DNA of 64,000 bases, from assembly GCA_010909165.1 (NCBI GenBank), contig MU008170.1, positions 62,001 through 126,000 on the forward strand, read 5' to 3'. The first letter of the stretch is position 1, and the number at the start of each line of letters is the position of its first letter. The DNA comes from Anthoceros angustus. Its lineage: Eukaryota; Plantae; Anthocerotophyta. The position numbers and the translations under genes were made by a program. A model generated the notes under the pieces. It had not been told where the DNA came from and made no database searches. It was given only the letters and a program-made list of their open reading frames with translations. Shown here in pieces: positions 10,932-24,964 of this stretch.

Positions 10932-12209
10932 CCTGCAAATGAGCCTGAGCATGTTCCAAACCTGCCGCCAGTTTTGTCGTGTTCACACTTGAACGGGTTC
11001 CCACGCCAGACGTTGTGCCAGCCTATGTATGGGATGTATGTACATACTAACCAGTTTCTCCTGGCACATAACCATGGGATGGGATGTAGATAATAACGCA
11101 CGGGGTCGCAGCAATAGATGGTCGTCAGGATAATGCTGCCTGGCGCAGAGTGCTTCTGGAGTCTTCTACATAGAGAGACCTAGAAGGCCGGTAAGCATCA
11201 GCGGCTGTCATTGCAAAACAGGAAGCAGGCAGGCTGCCAAGGAGGTGGGTTGGTGTTTCTCTGGGCTGAGAGGTTCCTCATGCTGGGAGTGAACTTTTTC
11301 TGAGGTGTATTAGGTTCATTCATTGTAGGTGGAGCTGGAGGATCCAGTGGAGAACATTGGAGCTAAGCTTGTGAGGCAGGCTTCTCCTTTTGTGCCGATG
11401 GATGCAGTTGGGACTCGGGAGTCTTATTAGGTACATGTATGTACATACGTATGAACATCCACATTCCTTTTCCTTTTGTATCTGATCGGCCTCTGCATCT
11501 CTGCCTCGCGAATTCCTTCTTCCTGAGTGCCCGACCAGAATCTGCCCAGGACCGTGAGCATGGCAGCTGCGGTGGGAGCGTTGCTGCCCTGAGCATGTTC
11601 CAAACCTGCAGCAGCGCAACGGAAAATTTCAAATTACGGTCAGAGCGGAAGCAAAATTGCAAGCCGGGGGCAGCTCAAACCGCGCGAGCTGCTACCTTTC
11701 AGCACGTGGTAAGCCCGGTACGCCTGGTTGCTCCGGAAATAACAGGTCGCCAGAAGATGGAGATTGTTCTGCGCACAACCGCTGCAGCACGTTCAGAATC
11801 CAACCAGGCTCACATTGAGAGCGGGAAACAAGACTGTGATGCATCACCTCGGACGGGAACTCCGCGCATAATCTCGCACAAGAACGTGGCATTGGAGTAC
11901 ATGTACAGGCGCAGGGATGAGCAGATACTCTCCACCATGCACGCTTCCATCCCCGCGCAAACCTGCCGCCAGTTTTGTCGTGTTCACACTTGAACGGGTT
12001 CCCACGCCAGACGTTGTGCCAGCCTATGTATGGGATGTATGTACATACTAACCAGTTTCTCCTGGCACATAACCATGGGATGGGATGTATGTACATACGT
12101 ATGAACATCCACATTCCTTTTCCTTTTGTATCTGATCGGCCTCTGCATCTCTGCCTCGCGAATTCCTTCTTCCTGAGTGCCCGACCAGAATCTGCCCAGG
12201 ACCGTGAGC

Positions 12210-13525
12210 ATGGCAGCTGCGGTGGGAGCGTTGCTGCCCTGAGCGCGCCGGCTGCGGCGCCTGCCAAGGCCTCGGGCTCGGGCTCTGGGGCGTCGGCGCA
12301 GTCTTACCTCTCCTCTTCCGCATTCTCGCGCCTCCTTCAAGGACCTGAACTCGAGGAAGGCTGGGAGGAATTTGCGCGCTGGGGCAGTGCAGACTCAGGC
12401 TGCCAAGGAGTTGTTCTTCAACAAGGATGGGTCCGCGACGAAGAAGTTGCAGGTGGGCGACTGGTTTGGGAAAGTTTGCGGTTGTGGGTTCTGGGATTGG
12501 AGCGGAATGGCTTTGTGGGTCTTGCTCACATTCTGGACTCGGTTTTGTTTAGGCTGGCGTGGACAAGCTGGCCAACTTGGTTGGAGTCACTCTCGGACCT
12601 AAGGGGCGGAATGTGGTGCTGGAGAGCAAGTATGGCTCGCCCAAGATTGTCAACGATGGTGTGACCGTGGCCAAGGAGGTGGGTTGGTGTTTCTCTGGGC
12701 TGAGAGGTTCCTCATGCTGGGAGTGAACTTTTTCTGAGGTGTATTAGGTTCATTCATTGTAGGTGGAGCTGGAGGATCCAGTGGAGAACATTGGAGCTAA
12801 GCAGGCAGGCTGCCGCTAAGACTAATGACTTGGCTGGAGATGGAACAACCACTTCCGTGGTGCTGGCGCAAGGGCTGATTGCGGAGGGTGTTAAGGTGCT
12901 CCACGATTCCCGCTATTCTGTGATGATTTTATGTGGAGGAGTGTGGTGGAGCCTGTTTTCGATTCCTGCTCACTGGCAGAAATTGTTCTTCCCAGGTTGT
13001 TGCAGCTGGCGCCAACCCTATCCAGATCACCCGGGGTATTGAAAAGACGGTAGCTGCTCTTGTTCAGGAGCTAAAGAACATCGCCAAGGATGTGAGTTTC
13101 ATATTTCCAGTGCTCCTTCCATCTGGGCTTACTCTTCGTTGTCACCCTCCGCTGGACTGTGCTGATGTGGTGCCATTGCTGTCTGCGTCATACCATGCAG
13201 GTCGAGGATAGCGAGTTGGCAGATGTCGCCGCAGTGAGTGCAGGGAATAACGAGGAAGTCGGTCTCATGATTGCCGAGGCCATGAGCAAAGTTGGAAGGA
13301 AGGGTGTTGTTACCCTTGAGGAAGGAAGAGTGCAGAGAACAACCTGTATGTGGTTGAGGGTATGCAGTTTGACAGGGGCTATATCTCTCCGTATTTCGTA
13401 ACAGACTCAGAGAAAATGTCTGTCGAGTACGACAACTGCAAGGTGCTAGTCTGTTCACTACGTCTTTCTGCGTTACGTCATCCAGCTTTCCCACAGTGTA
13501 AAGAGCTCATCTGTTGCCGCGATGT
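12210..13525 (+). pseudogene. Partial, frameshifted CPN60B copy (5' exons)
   Basis: Same exons as 20251-21570 with 1-4 nt deletions, then jumps back at ~13525. Confidence 0.7.
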
Positions 13526-14083
13526 GGTGCCATTGCTGTCTGCGTCATACCATGCAGGTCGAGGATAGCGAGTTGGCAGATGTCGCCGCAGTGAGTGCAG
13601 GGAATAACGAGGAAGTCGGTCTCATGATTGCCGAGGCCATGAGCAAAGTTGGAAGGAAGAGTGCAGAGAACAACCTGTATGTGGTTGAGGGTATGCAGTT
13701 TGACAGGGGCTATATCTCTCCGTATTTCGTAACAGACTCAGAGAAAATGTCTGTCGAGTACGACAACTGCAAGGTGCTAGTCTGTTCACTACGTCTTTCT
13801 GCGTTACGTCATCCAGCTTTCCCACAGTGTAAAGAGCTCATCTGTTGCCGCGATGTGGTGCTGGCGCAAGGTGGCTGCTCTGAAAGCCCCTGGCTTCGGG
13901 GAGCGGAAGTCACAGTACTTGGACGACATCGCGTGCTTGACTGGAGGTGCCTACTGGCACCAGATGCTCCATCTGCATTCCAGCACATTCCTTTTCCTTT
14001 TGTATCTGATCGGCCTCTGCATCTCTGCCTCGCGAATTCCTTCTTCCTGAGTGCCCGACCAGAATCTGCCCAGGACCGTGAGC

Positions 14084-15855
14084 ATGGCAGCTGCGGTGGG
14101 AGCGTTGCTGCCCTGAGCGCGCCGGCTGCGGCGCCTGCCAAGGCCTCAGGCCTGGGCTCTGGGGCGTCGGCGCAGTCTTACCTCTTCCGCATTCTCGCGC
14201 CTCCTTCAAGGACCTGAACTCGAGGAAGGCTGGGAGGAATTTGCGCGCTGGGGCAGTGCAGACTCAGGCTGCCAAGGAGTTGTTCTTCAACAAGGATGGG
14301 TCCGCGACGAAGAAGTTGCAGGTGGGCGACTGGTTTGGGAAAGTTTGCGGTTGTGGGTTCTGGGATTGGAGCGGAATGGCTTTGTGGGTCTTGCTCACAT
14401 TCTGGACTCGGTTTTGTTTAGGCTGGCGTGGACAAGCTGGCCAACTTGGTTGGAGTCACTCGGACCTAAGGGGCGGAATGTGGTGCTGGAGAGCAAGTAT
14501 GGCTCGCCCAAGATTGTCAACGATGGTGTGACCGTGGCCAAGGAGGTGGGTTGGTGTTTCTCTGGGCTGAGAGGTTCCTCATGCTGGGAGTGAACTTTTT
14601 CTGAGGTGTATTAGGTTCATTCATTGTAGGTGGAGCTGGAGGATCCAGTGGAGAACATTGGAGCTAAGCTTGTGAGGCAGGCTGCCGCTAAGACTAATGA
14701 CTTGGCTGGAGATGGAACAACCACTTCCGTGGTGCTGGCGCAAGGGCTGATTGCGGAGGGTGTTAAGGTGCTCCACGATTCCCGCTATTCTGTGATGATT
14801 TTATGTGGAGGAGTGTGGTGGAGCCTGTTTTCGATTCCTGCTCACTGGCAGAAATTGTTCTTCCCAGGTTGTTGCAGCTGGCGCCAACCCTATCCAGATC
14901 ACCCGGGGTATTGAAAAGACGGTAGCTGCTCTTGTTCAGGAGCTAAAGAACATCGCCAAGGATGTGAGTTTCATATTTCCAGTGCTCCTTCCATCTGGGC
15001 TTACTCTTCGTTGTCACCCTCCGCTGGACTGTGCTGATGTGGTGCCATTGCTGTCTGCGTCATACCATGCAGGTCGAGGATAGCGAGTTGGCAGATGTCG
15101 CCGCAGTGAGTGCAGGGAATAACGAGGAAGTCGGTCTCATGATTGCCGAGGCCATGAGCAAAGTTGGAAGGAAGGGTGTTGTTACCCTTGAGGAAGGAAG
15201 AGTGCAGAGAACAACCTGTATGTGGTTGAGGGTATGCAGTTTGACAGGGGCTATATCTCTCCGTATTTCGTAACAGACTCAGAGAAAATGTCTGTCGAGT
15301 ACGACAACTGCAAGGTGCTAGTCTGTTCACTACGTCTTTCTGCGTTACGTCATCCAGCTTTCCCACAGTGTAAAGAGCTCATCTGTTGCCGCGATGTGGT
15401 GGCAGCTCCTCATTGTGGACAAGAAGATCTCAACAGCCCGGGACATGATCGGAATTCTAGAAGATGCCATTCGGGGTGGGTACCCACTTCTCATCATCGC
15501 TGAAGACATTGAGCAAGAAGCCCTGGCCACTTTGGTGGTTAACAAGCTACGAGGCGCACTGAAGGTGGCTGCTCTGAAAGCCCCTGGCTTCGGGGAGCGG
15601 AAGTCACAGTACTTGGACGACATCGCGTGCTTGACTGGAGGTGCCTACTGGCACCAGATGCTCCATCTGCATTCCAGCACATTCCTCAGCAACTCACTCT
15701 GGTGGCTCGTGCGCCCTTGACAGGAACCGTGGTTAGAGATGAAGTGGGTTTATCTTTGGACAAGGTAGGCAGGGAGGTTCTTGGCACCGCCGCGAAGGTG
15801 GAAATCACGAAGGATGCTACCACAATAGTCGGTGACGGAAGCACCCAAGACGTGG
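14084..15855 (+). pseudogene. Partial, frameshifted CPN60B copy (to STQDVVE)
   Basis: Same exons with indels; jumps back via the shared word gtggttgag at ~15852. Confidence 0.7.
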
Positions 15856-16261
15856 TTGAGGGTATGCAGTTTGACAGGGGCTATATCTCTCCGTATTTCG
15901 TAACAGACTCAGAGAAAATGTCTGTCGAGTACGACAACTGCAAGGTGCTAGTCTGTTCACTACGTCTTTCTGCGTTACGTCATCCAGCTTTCCCACAGTG
16001 TAAAGAGCTCATCTGTTGCCGCGATGTGGTGCCATTGCTGTCTGCGTCATACCATGCAGGTCGAGGATAGCGAGTTGGCAGATGTCGCCGCAGTGAGTGC
16101 AGGGAATAACGAGGAAGTCACAGTACTTGGACGACATCGCGTGCTTGACTGGAGGTGCCTACTGGCACCAGATGCTCCATCTGCATTCCAGCACATTCCT
16201 TTTCCTTTTGTGCCGATGGATGCAGTTGGGACTCGGGAGTCTTATTAGGTACATGTACAGG

Positions 16262-17294
16262 AAAACTGCAGCATCTCCATAGAGGCTAGCAGCCTCTTGC
16301 TCGGCACCTAGTGAGAAACAAAACTAGATTAGAAACCCTGCAACAGTGTAAGGTGAAGAAACAAGAGGCAGACGCACAACCATAACTTAGAAACCATTGA
16401 GACGTAGTTGCAAAACACGTGACACGAAAACAAAATGACAACATCAAGATAGTCATCTCTCGCTTGAGAGCTTAACGCAAGCAAACAAATTCATTTCCAT
16501 ACCTAGCATGCATAAGTCCTCATAAGCACACCAGAAAAAGGGTCTAGTGACAGAGCTTGGCTGTAATATTCAATCGCAGCGTCCTTCCGATCAGTCAATC
16601 TGTAAGCAACAGAAAGAAAACGCACAGGGATGCAGAGAGTCAAATCCTCCGGGTCCACTAATCACTTGAACAGCACATGACATACCCACATGACATACCC
16701 ACCTGCAAATGAGCCCGAGCATGTACTTGCTGCGCCATTCGGCACCTGAGGGTAGCAGCACCGGTGCACATAAGGTCAGCCCGTCGGAACCACAAGGAAA
16801 CAGGCAAGCAACATCCTCCAAGCACATTCAAAAATGGCACAACCTCTGCTCCGGGATCATGAGGTGATGAGAGAGCAGCTTCAGCCTCCGGTAAAAATCC
16901 ATTTCGAAGCACGCCAACGAGAACAGGTAACGGCATTGCTCAGACTTGGTACCTGCCCGCAGCAGCACTTGAAGCAAATTACGGTCAGAGCGGAAGCAAA
17001 ATTGCAAGCCGGGGCAGCTCAAACCGCGCGAGCTGCTACCTTTCAGCACGTGGTAAGCCCGGTACGCCTGGTTGCTCCGGAAATAACAGGTCGCCAGAAG
17101 ATGGAGATTGTTCTGCGCACAACCGCTGCAGCACGTTCAGAATCCAACCAGGCTCACATTGAGAGCGGGAAACAAGACTGTGATGCATCACCTCGGACGG
17201 GAACTCCGCGCATAATCTCGCACAAGAACGTGGCATTGGAGTACATGTACAGGCGCAGGGATGAGCAGATACTCTCCACCATGCACGCTTCCAT
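16262..17294 (-). pseudogene. Partial CDC27 5' copy (first exons only), frameshifted
   Basis: Duplicate of 9275-10325 with indels (e.g. ataatctcgcac versus ataatctctcgcac). Confidence 0.7.
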
Positions 17295-17809
17295 CCCCGC
17301 GCAAACCTGCAGACGCCGCGGCCTGCGCTCTCGCTGCAGACTCTACCATGTTCCAAACCTGCCGCCAGTTTTGTCGTGTTCACACTTGAACGGGTTCCCA
17401 CGCCAGACGTTGTGCCAGCCTATGTATGGGATGTATGTACATACGTATGAACATCCACATTCCTTTTCCTTTTGTGCCGATGGATGCAGTTGGGACTCAG
17501 GAGTCTTATTAGGTACATGTATGTACATACTAACCAGTTTCTCCTGGCACATAACCATGGGATGGGATGTAGATAATAACGCACGGGGTCGCAGCAATAG
17601 ATGGTCGTCAGGATAATGCTGCCTGGCGCAGAGTGCTTCTGGAGTCTTCTACATAGAGAGACCTAGAAGGCCGGTAAGCATCAGCGGCTGTCATTGCAAA
17701 ACAGGAAGCAGGCAGGCTTCTCCTTTTGTATCTGATCGGCCTCTGCATCTCTGCCTCGCGAATTCCTTCTTCCTGAGTGCCCGACCAGAATCTGCCCAGG
17801 ACCGTGAGC

Positions 17810-18800
17810 ATGGCAGCTGCGGTGGGGAGCGTTGCTGCCCTGAGCGCGCCGGCTGCGGCGCCTGCCAAGGCCTCGGGCCTGGGCTCTGGGGCGTCGGCGC
17901 AGTCTTACCTCTCCTCTTCCGCATTCTCGCGCCTCTCAGGACCTGAACTCGAGGAAGGCTGGGAGGAATTTGCGCGCTGGGGCAGTGCAGACTCAGGCTG
18001 CCAAGGGTTGTTCTTCAACAAGGATGGGTCCGCGACGAAGAAGTTGCAGGTGGGCGACTGGTTTGGGAAAGTTTGCGGTTGTGGGTTCTGGGATTGGAGC
18101 GGAATGGCTTTGTGGGTCTTGCTCACATTCTGGACTCGGTTTTGTTTAGGCTGGCGTGGACAAGCTGGCCAACTTGGTTGGAGTCACTCTCGGACCCTAA
18201 GGGGCGGAATGTGGTGCTGGAGAGCAAGTATGGCTCGCCCAAGATTGTCAACGATGGTGTGACCGTGGCCAAGGAGGTGGGTTGGTGTTTCTCTGGGCTG
18301 AGAGGTTCCTCATGCTGGGAGTGAACTTTTTCTGAGGTGTATTAGGTTCATTCATTGTAGGTGGAGCTGGAGGATCCAGTGGAGAACATTGGAGCTAAGC
18401 TTGTGAGGCAGGCTGCCGCTAAGACTAATGACTTGGCTGGAGATGGAACAACCACTTCCGTGGTGCTGGCGCAAGGGCTGATTGCGGAGGGTGTTAAGGT
18501 GCTCCACGATTCCCGCTATTCTGTGATGATTTTATGGAGGAGTGTGGTGGAGCCTGTTTTCGATTCCTGCTCACTGGCAGAAATTGTTCTTCCCAGGTTG
18601 TTGCAGCTGGCGCCAACCCTATCCAGATCACCGGGGTATTGAAAAGACGGTAGCTGCTCTTGTTCAGGAGCTAAAGAACATCGCCAAGGATGTGAGTTTC
18701 ATATTTCCAGTGCTCCTTCCATCTGGGCTTACTCTTCGTTGTCACCCTCCGCTGGACTGTGCTGATGTGGTGCCATTGCTGTCTGCGTCATACCATGCAG
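17810..18800 (+). pseudogene. Partial CPN60B copy (first ~4 exons)
   Basis: Duplicate with indels; switches into CDC27 intron sequence at catgcagg|cagacgcac (~18800). Confidence 0.7.
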
Positions 18801-19737
18801 GCAGACGCACAACCATAACTTAGAAACCATTGAGACGTAGTTGCAAAACACGTGACACGAAAACAAAATGACAACATCAAGATAGTCATCTCTCGCTTGA
18901 GAGCTTAACGCAAGCAAACAAATTCATTTCCATACCTAGCATGCATAAGTCCTCATAAGCACACCAGAAAAAGGGTCTAGTGACAGAGCTTGGCTGTAAT
19001 ATTCAATCGCAGCGTCCTTCCGATCAGTCAATCTGTAAGCAACAGAAAGAAAACGCACAGGGATGCAGAGAGTCAAATCCTCCGGGTCCACTAATCACTT
19101 GAACAGCACATGACATACCCACATGACATACCCACCTGCAAATGAGCCTGAGCATGTACTTGCCAGCTGCGCCATTCGGCACCTGAGGGTAGCAGCACCG
19201 GTGCACATAAGGTCAGCCCGTCGGAACCACAAGGAAACAGGCAAGCAACATCCTCCAAGCACATTCAAAAATGGCACAACCTCTGCTCCGGGATCATGAG
19301 GTGATGAGAGAGCAGCTTCAGCCTCCGGTAAAAATCCATTTCGAAGCACGCCAACGAGAACAGGTAACGGCATTGCTCAGACTTGGTACCTGCCCGCAGC
19401 AGCGCAACGGAAAATTTCAAATTACGGTCAGAGCGGAAGCAAAATTGCAAGCCGGGGCAGCTCAAACCGCGCGAGCTGCTACCTTTCAGCACGTGGTAAG
19501 CCCGGTACGCCTGGTTGCTCCGGAAATAACAGGTCGCCAGAAGATGGAGATTGTTCTGCGCACAACCGCTGCAGCACGTTCAGAATCCAACCAGGCTCAC
19601 ATTGAGAGCGGGAAACAAGACTGTGATGCATCACCTCGGACGGGAACTCCGCGCATAATCTCGCACAAGAACGTGGCATTGGAGTACATGTACAGGCGCA
19701 GGGATGAGCAGATACTCTCCACCATGCACGCTTCCAT
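18800..19737 (-). pseudogene. Partial CDC27 5' copy, frameshifted
   Basis: Duplicate of ~9380-10325 with homopolymer deletions. Confidence 0.7.
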
Positions 19738-20250
19738 CCCCGCGCAAACCTGCAGACGCCGCGGCCTGCGCTCTCGCTGCAGACTCTACCATGTTCCAAA
19801 CCTGCCGCCAGTTTTGTCGTGTTCACACTTGAACGGGTTCCCACGCCAGACGTTGTGCCAGCCTATGTATGGGATGTATGTACATACGTATGAACATCCA
19901 CATTCCTTTTCCTTTTGTGCCGATGGATGCAGTTGGGACTCAGGAGTCTTATTAGGTACATGTATGTACATACTAACCAGTTTCTCCTGGCACATAACCA
20001 TGGGATGGGATGTAGATAATAACGCACGGGGTCGCAGCAATAGATGGTCGTCAGGATAATGCTGCCTGGCGCAGAGTGCTTCTGGAGTCTTCTACATAGA
20101 GAGACCTAGAAGGCCGGTAAGCATCAGCGGCTGTCATTGCAAAACAGGAAGCAGGCAGGCTTCTCCTTTTGTATCTGATCGGCCTCTGCATCTCTGCCTC
20201 GAATTCCTTCTTCCTGAGTGCCCGACCAGAATCTGCCCAGGACCGTGAGC
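19738..20250. promoter_or_regulatory. Probable bidirectional promoter between the CDC27 and CPN60B start codons (~510 bp)
   Basis: Head-to-head ATGs at 19737 (-) and 20251 (+); the same arrangement recurs at 17294/17810. Confidence 0.55.
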
Positions 20251-23239
20251 ATGGCAGCTGCGGTGGGGAGCGTTGCTGCCCTGAGCGCGCCGGCTGCGGC
20301 GCCTGCCAAGGCCTCGGGCTCGGGCTCTGGGGCGTCGGCGCAGTCTTACCTCTCCTCTTCCGCATTCTCGCGCCTCTCCTTCAAGGACCTGAACTCGAGG
20401 AAGGCTGGGAGGAATTTGCGCGCTGGGGCAGTGCAGACTCGGGCTGCCAAGGAGTTGTTCTTCAACAAGGATGGGTCCGCGACGAAGAAGTTGCAGGTGG
20501 GCGACTGGTTTGGGGAAAGTTTGCGGTTGTGGGTTCTGGGATTGGAGCGGAATGGCTTTGTGGGTCTTGCTCACATTCTGGACTCGGTTTTGTTTAGGCT
20601 GGCGTGGACAAGCTGGCCAACTTGGTTGGAGTCACTCTCGGACCTAAGGGGCGGAATGTGGTGCTGGAGAGCAAGTATGGCTCGCCCAAGATTGTCAACG
20701 ATGGTGTGACCGTGGCCAAGGAGGTGGGTTGGTGTTTCTCTGGGCTGAGAGGTTCCTCATGCTGGGAGTGAACTTTTTCTGAGGTGTATTAGGTTCATTC
20801 ATTGTAGGTGGAGCTGGAGGATCCAGTGGAGAACATTGGAGCTAAGCTTGTGAGGCAGGCTGCCGCTAAGACTAATGACTTGGCTGGAGATGGAACAACC
20901 ACTTCCGTGGTGCTGGCGCAAGGGCTGATTGCGGAGGGTGTTAAGGTGCTCCACGATTCCCGCTATTCTGTGATGATTTTATGTGGAGGAGTGTGGTGGA
21001 GCCTGTTTTCGATTCCTGCTCACTGGCAGAAATTGTTCTTCCCAGGTTGTTGCAGCTGGCGCCAACCCTATCCAGATCACCCGGGGTATTGAAAAGACGG
21101 TAGCTGCTCTTGTTCAGGAGCTAAAGAACATCGCCAAGGATGTGAGTTTCATATTTCCAGTGCTCCTTCCATCTGGGCTTACTCTTCGTTGTCACCCTCC
21201 GCTGGACTGTGCTGATGTGGGTGCCATTGCTGTCTGCGTCATACCATGCAGGTCGAGGATAGCGAGTTGGCAGATGTCGCCGCAGTGAGTGCAGGGAATA
21301 ACGAGGAAGTCGGTCTCATGATTGCCGAGGCCATGAGCAAAGTTGGAAGGAAGGGTGTTGTTACCCTTGAGGAAGGGAAGAGTGCAGAGAACAACCTGTA
21401 TGTGGTTGAGGGTATGCAGTTTGACAGGGGCTATATCTCTCCGTATTTCGTAACAGACTCAGAGAAAATGTCTGTCGAGTACGACAACTGCAAGGTGCTA
21501 GTCTGTTCACTACGTCTTTCTGCGTTACGTCATCCAGCTTTCCCACAGTGTAAAGAGCTCATCTGTTGCCGCGATGTGGTGGCAGCTCCTCATTGTGGAC
21601 AAGAAGATCTCAACAGCCCGGGACATGATCGGAATTCTAGAAGATGCCATTCGGGGTGGGTACCCACTTCTCATCATCGCTGAAGACATTGAGCAAGAAG
21701 CCCTGGCCACTTTGGTGGTTAACAAGCTACGAGGCGCACTGAAGGTGGCTGCTCTGAAAGCCCCTGGCTTCGGGGAGCGGAAGTCACAGTACTTGGACGA
21801 CATCGCGTGCTTGACTGGAGGTGCCTACTGGCACCAGATGCTCCATCTGCATTCCAGCACATTCCTCAGCAACTCACTCTGGTGGCTCGTGCGCCCTTGA
21901 CAGGAACCGTGGTTAGAGATGAAGTGGGTTTATCTTTGGACAAGGTAGGCAGGGAGGTTCTTGGCACCGCCGCGAAGGTGGAAATCACGAAGGATGCTAC
22001 CACAATAGTCGGTGACGGAAGCACCCAAGACGTGGTTGAGAAGCGTGTAGCACAAATTCGGAATTTGATCGAGGTGAGGTTATTTGCGTAGCCAAAAGGG
22101 GTGAGAGCAGGACCATCTGGCATCCCGTGGGCAAGTTGTTGGGCTGACAAAATATGGATTTATTGTGTCTCCAGAATGCCGAGCAAGAATATGAGAAGGA
22201 GAAATTGAATGAGAGGATTGCCAAGCTTTCAGGCGGAGTGGCAATCATTCAGGTGATGCAGCAAAGTTGCTTAAAAGGACCTTTCTGTATATGTAGTTGT
22301 GCTTTGATGTCGGAATTCAACTTTTGCCTTTTGCCTGCCGCAGGTTGGAGCCCAAACTGAGACAGAGCTGAAGGAGAAGAAGCTGCGAGTGGAAGATGCT
22401 CTCAATGCCACAAAGGTCTGCATGCTCCTCATAATTTTGTGAATCCGTCCACATGAATTCTACTCATGGTCTCTGGTATGTGGACCGATTTCTCTCGGCT
22501 GCATCATGTTAGTAACCGGCTTGTCCAAATTGATTTGGCTCCAGGCTGCTGTAGAGGAAGGAATTGTTGTTGGCGGCGGATGCACTCTTTTGAGACTTGC
22601 CGCCAAAGTGGAAGGGATCAAGTCATCCCTGGAAAACGACGAGCAACGCGTAGGTGTTTTACCTTTATCATCCGGACCTCTTGAGCCTTGTATGGCGACT
22701 TCTCACGTTTCCCATGGTTCCATCACCTGTCCAGGTTGGTGCCGACATCGTGAAGAGAGCTCTAAGCTATCCACTCAAGCTGATAGCCAAGAATGCAGGA
22801 GTGAACGGAAGTGTAGTGGTGGAGAAGGTTCTGTCAAATGACAACCCTAACTTTGGCTACAATGCCGCCACTGACACATACGAAGACCTGATGGCTAACG
22901 GCATCATCGACCCGGCCAAGGTATACAGCTCTCTTCCTCCACTCTAAGCCCTTCCGGTGAGCCCTCCGGGTCAGCAACGAAACTCATCTCCGTAAGCAAA
23001 TATGCAGGTCGTGAGATGCTGTCTGGAACATGCTGCCTCCGTGGCGAAGACATTCTTGACATCAGACTGTGTTGTGGTCGAGATCAAAGAACCTGAGGGA
23101 GCTGTACCTGCCGGAAACCCGATGGATAACTCAGGTAGGTCATCCTGGTCACTTCAGAAGCTGTTGAACAATCTGCCTGCAAGTGGGAGGACAAAAGCCT
23201 GAAACTTCTGAGTCCGTGCCTGCAGGATACGGATACTGA
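20251..23239 (+). CDS. CPN60B: Chloroplast chaperonin 60 beta subunit (RuBisCO-binding protein beta), intact multi-exon copy
   Basis: Ser/Ala-rich transit peptide then [116 protein letters not shown], ending [13 protein letters not shown]. The exons I checked are in frame. Confidence 0.93.
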
Positions 23240-23789
23240 GCTGAGAAAACGAGGATGAAGTCAGGACAACGATTTTGTACCATTTGATGAGGATGGAATC
23301 TCGGCCCTGTTGTTTTCCGCATGGATGTGCGTCTTGGACACCATCCATCGGGAGTATCTGAGTTTTAGCTAGCCAAATGTCCAACCGTAGACAAGAAAAT
23401 AGTATAAGCTCCATCCAATTTTCAAAATTTCTTCCTGCGACGTGCAGTAATCAGAATTTGCGGGTTAGAATCGATATTCCCTCGAAGGCAAGAGGCCCTC
23501 TTATCACGTACATGAACGCTTTTTCTGCGTGTGTGAAGTGGAACTGGTACCTGCCGGTAGACAGTTAAGGGTACAGACACCTTCGGGGGTCTATGTGCTT
23601 AGGCCAAATGGACACACATTTATAAGAACGCCGTGATTAAGCATCCTGAGCCTAGATCGGTACTTAGATGGGGTGCTTAAAGGGAGTGGATGCCTTGGTG
23701 CAAGTAGCTTAGGCACACCATAGTACAAATTGTTAAGTACCAAGTCCCTTCTTCTTCTTCTACGTCGTTTGCTAGAGGCATTGTGGCAT

Positions 23790-24964
23790 CTGGAATTTGA
23801 TCGAGGTGAGGTTATTTGCGTAGCCAAAGGGGTGAGAGCAGGACCATCTGGCATCCTGTGGGCAAGTTGTTGGGCTGACAAAATATGGATTTATTGTGTC
23901 TCCAGAATGCCGAGCAAGAATATGAGAAGGAGAAATTGAATGAGAGGATTGCCAAGCTTTCAGGCGGAGTGGCAATCATTCAGGTGATGCAGCAAAGTTG
24001 CTTAAAAGGACCTTTCTGTATATGTAGTTGTGCTTTGATGTCGGAATTCAACTTTTGCCTTTTGCCTGCCGCAGGTTGGAGCCCAAACTGAGACAGAGCT
24101 GAAGGAGAAGAAGCTGAGTGGAAGATGCTCTCAATGCCACAAAGGTCTGCATGCTCCTCATAATTTTGTGAATCCGTCCACATGAATTCTACTCATGGTC
24201 TCTGGTATGTGGACCGATTTCTCTCGGCTGCATCATGTTAGTAACCGGCTTGTCCAAATTGATTTGGCTCCAGGCTGCTGTAGAGGAAGGAATTGTTGTT
24301 GGCGGCGGATGCACTCTTTGAGACTTGCCGCCAAAGTGGAAGGGATCAAGTCATCCCTGGAAAACGACGAGCAACGCGTAGGTGTTTTACCTTTATCATC
24401 CGGACCTCTTGAGCCTTGTATGGCGACTTCTCACGTTTCCATGGTTCCATCACCTGTCCAGGTTGGTGCCGACATCGTGAAGAGAGCTCTAAGCTATCCA
24501 CTCAAGCTGATAGCCAAGAATGCAGGAGTGAACGGAAGTGTAGTGGTGGAGAAGGTTCTGTCAAATGACAACCCTAACTTTGGCTACAATGCCGCCACTG
24601 ACACATACGAAGACCTGATGGCTAACGGCATCATCGACCCGGCCAAGGTATACAGCTCTCTTCCTCCACTCTAAGCCCTTCCGGTGAGCCCTCCGGGTCA
24701 GCAACGAAACTCATCTCCGTAAGCAAATATGCAGGTCGTGAGATGCTGTCTGGAACATGCTGCCTGTGGCGAAGACATTCTTGACATCAGACTGTGTTGT
24801 GGTCGAGATCAAAGAACCTGAGGGAGCTGTACCTGCCGGAAACCCGATGGATAACTCAGGTAGGTCATCCTGGTCACTTCAGAAGCTGTTGAACAATCTG
24901 CCTGCAAGTGGGAGGACAAAAGCCTGAAACTTCTGAGTCCGTGCCTGCAGGATACGGATACTGA
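23790..24964 (+). pseudogene. Duplicate of the CPN60B 3' half with frameshifting indels
   Basis: Repeats 22040-23239; e.g. aagctgagtgg versus aagctgcgagtgg, tgcctgtggc versus tgcctccgtggc. Confidence 0.7.

Noticed and set aside
16834-20059. 260-aa ORFs at 16834-17616 and 19271-20059
   Set aside because: They are antisense to CDC27 exons and introns and are open only because of indels absent from the intact copy.
10700-20250. Programmed gene scrambling with ciliate-like pointer sequences
   Set aside because: Intact copies of both genes are present, segments are redundant rather than permuted once, and the error pattern points to an assembly artefact.
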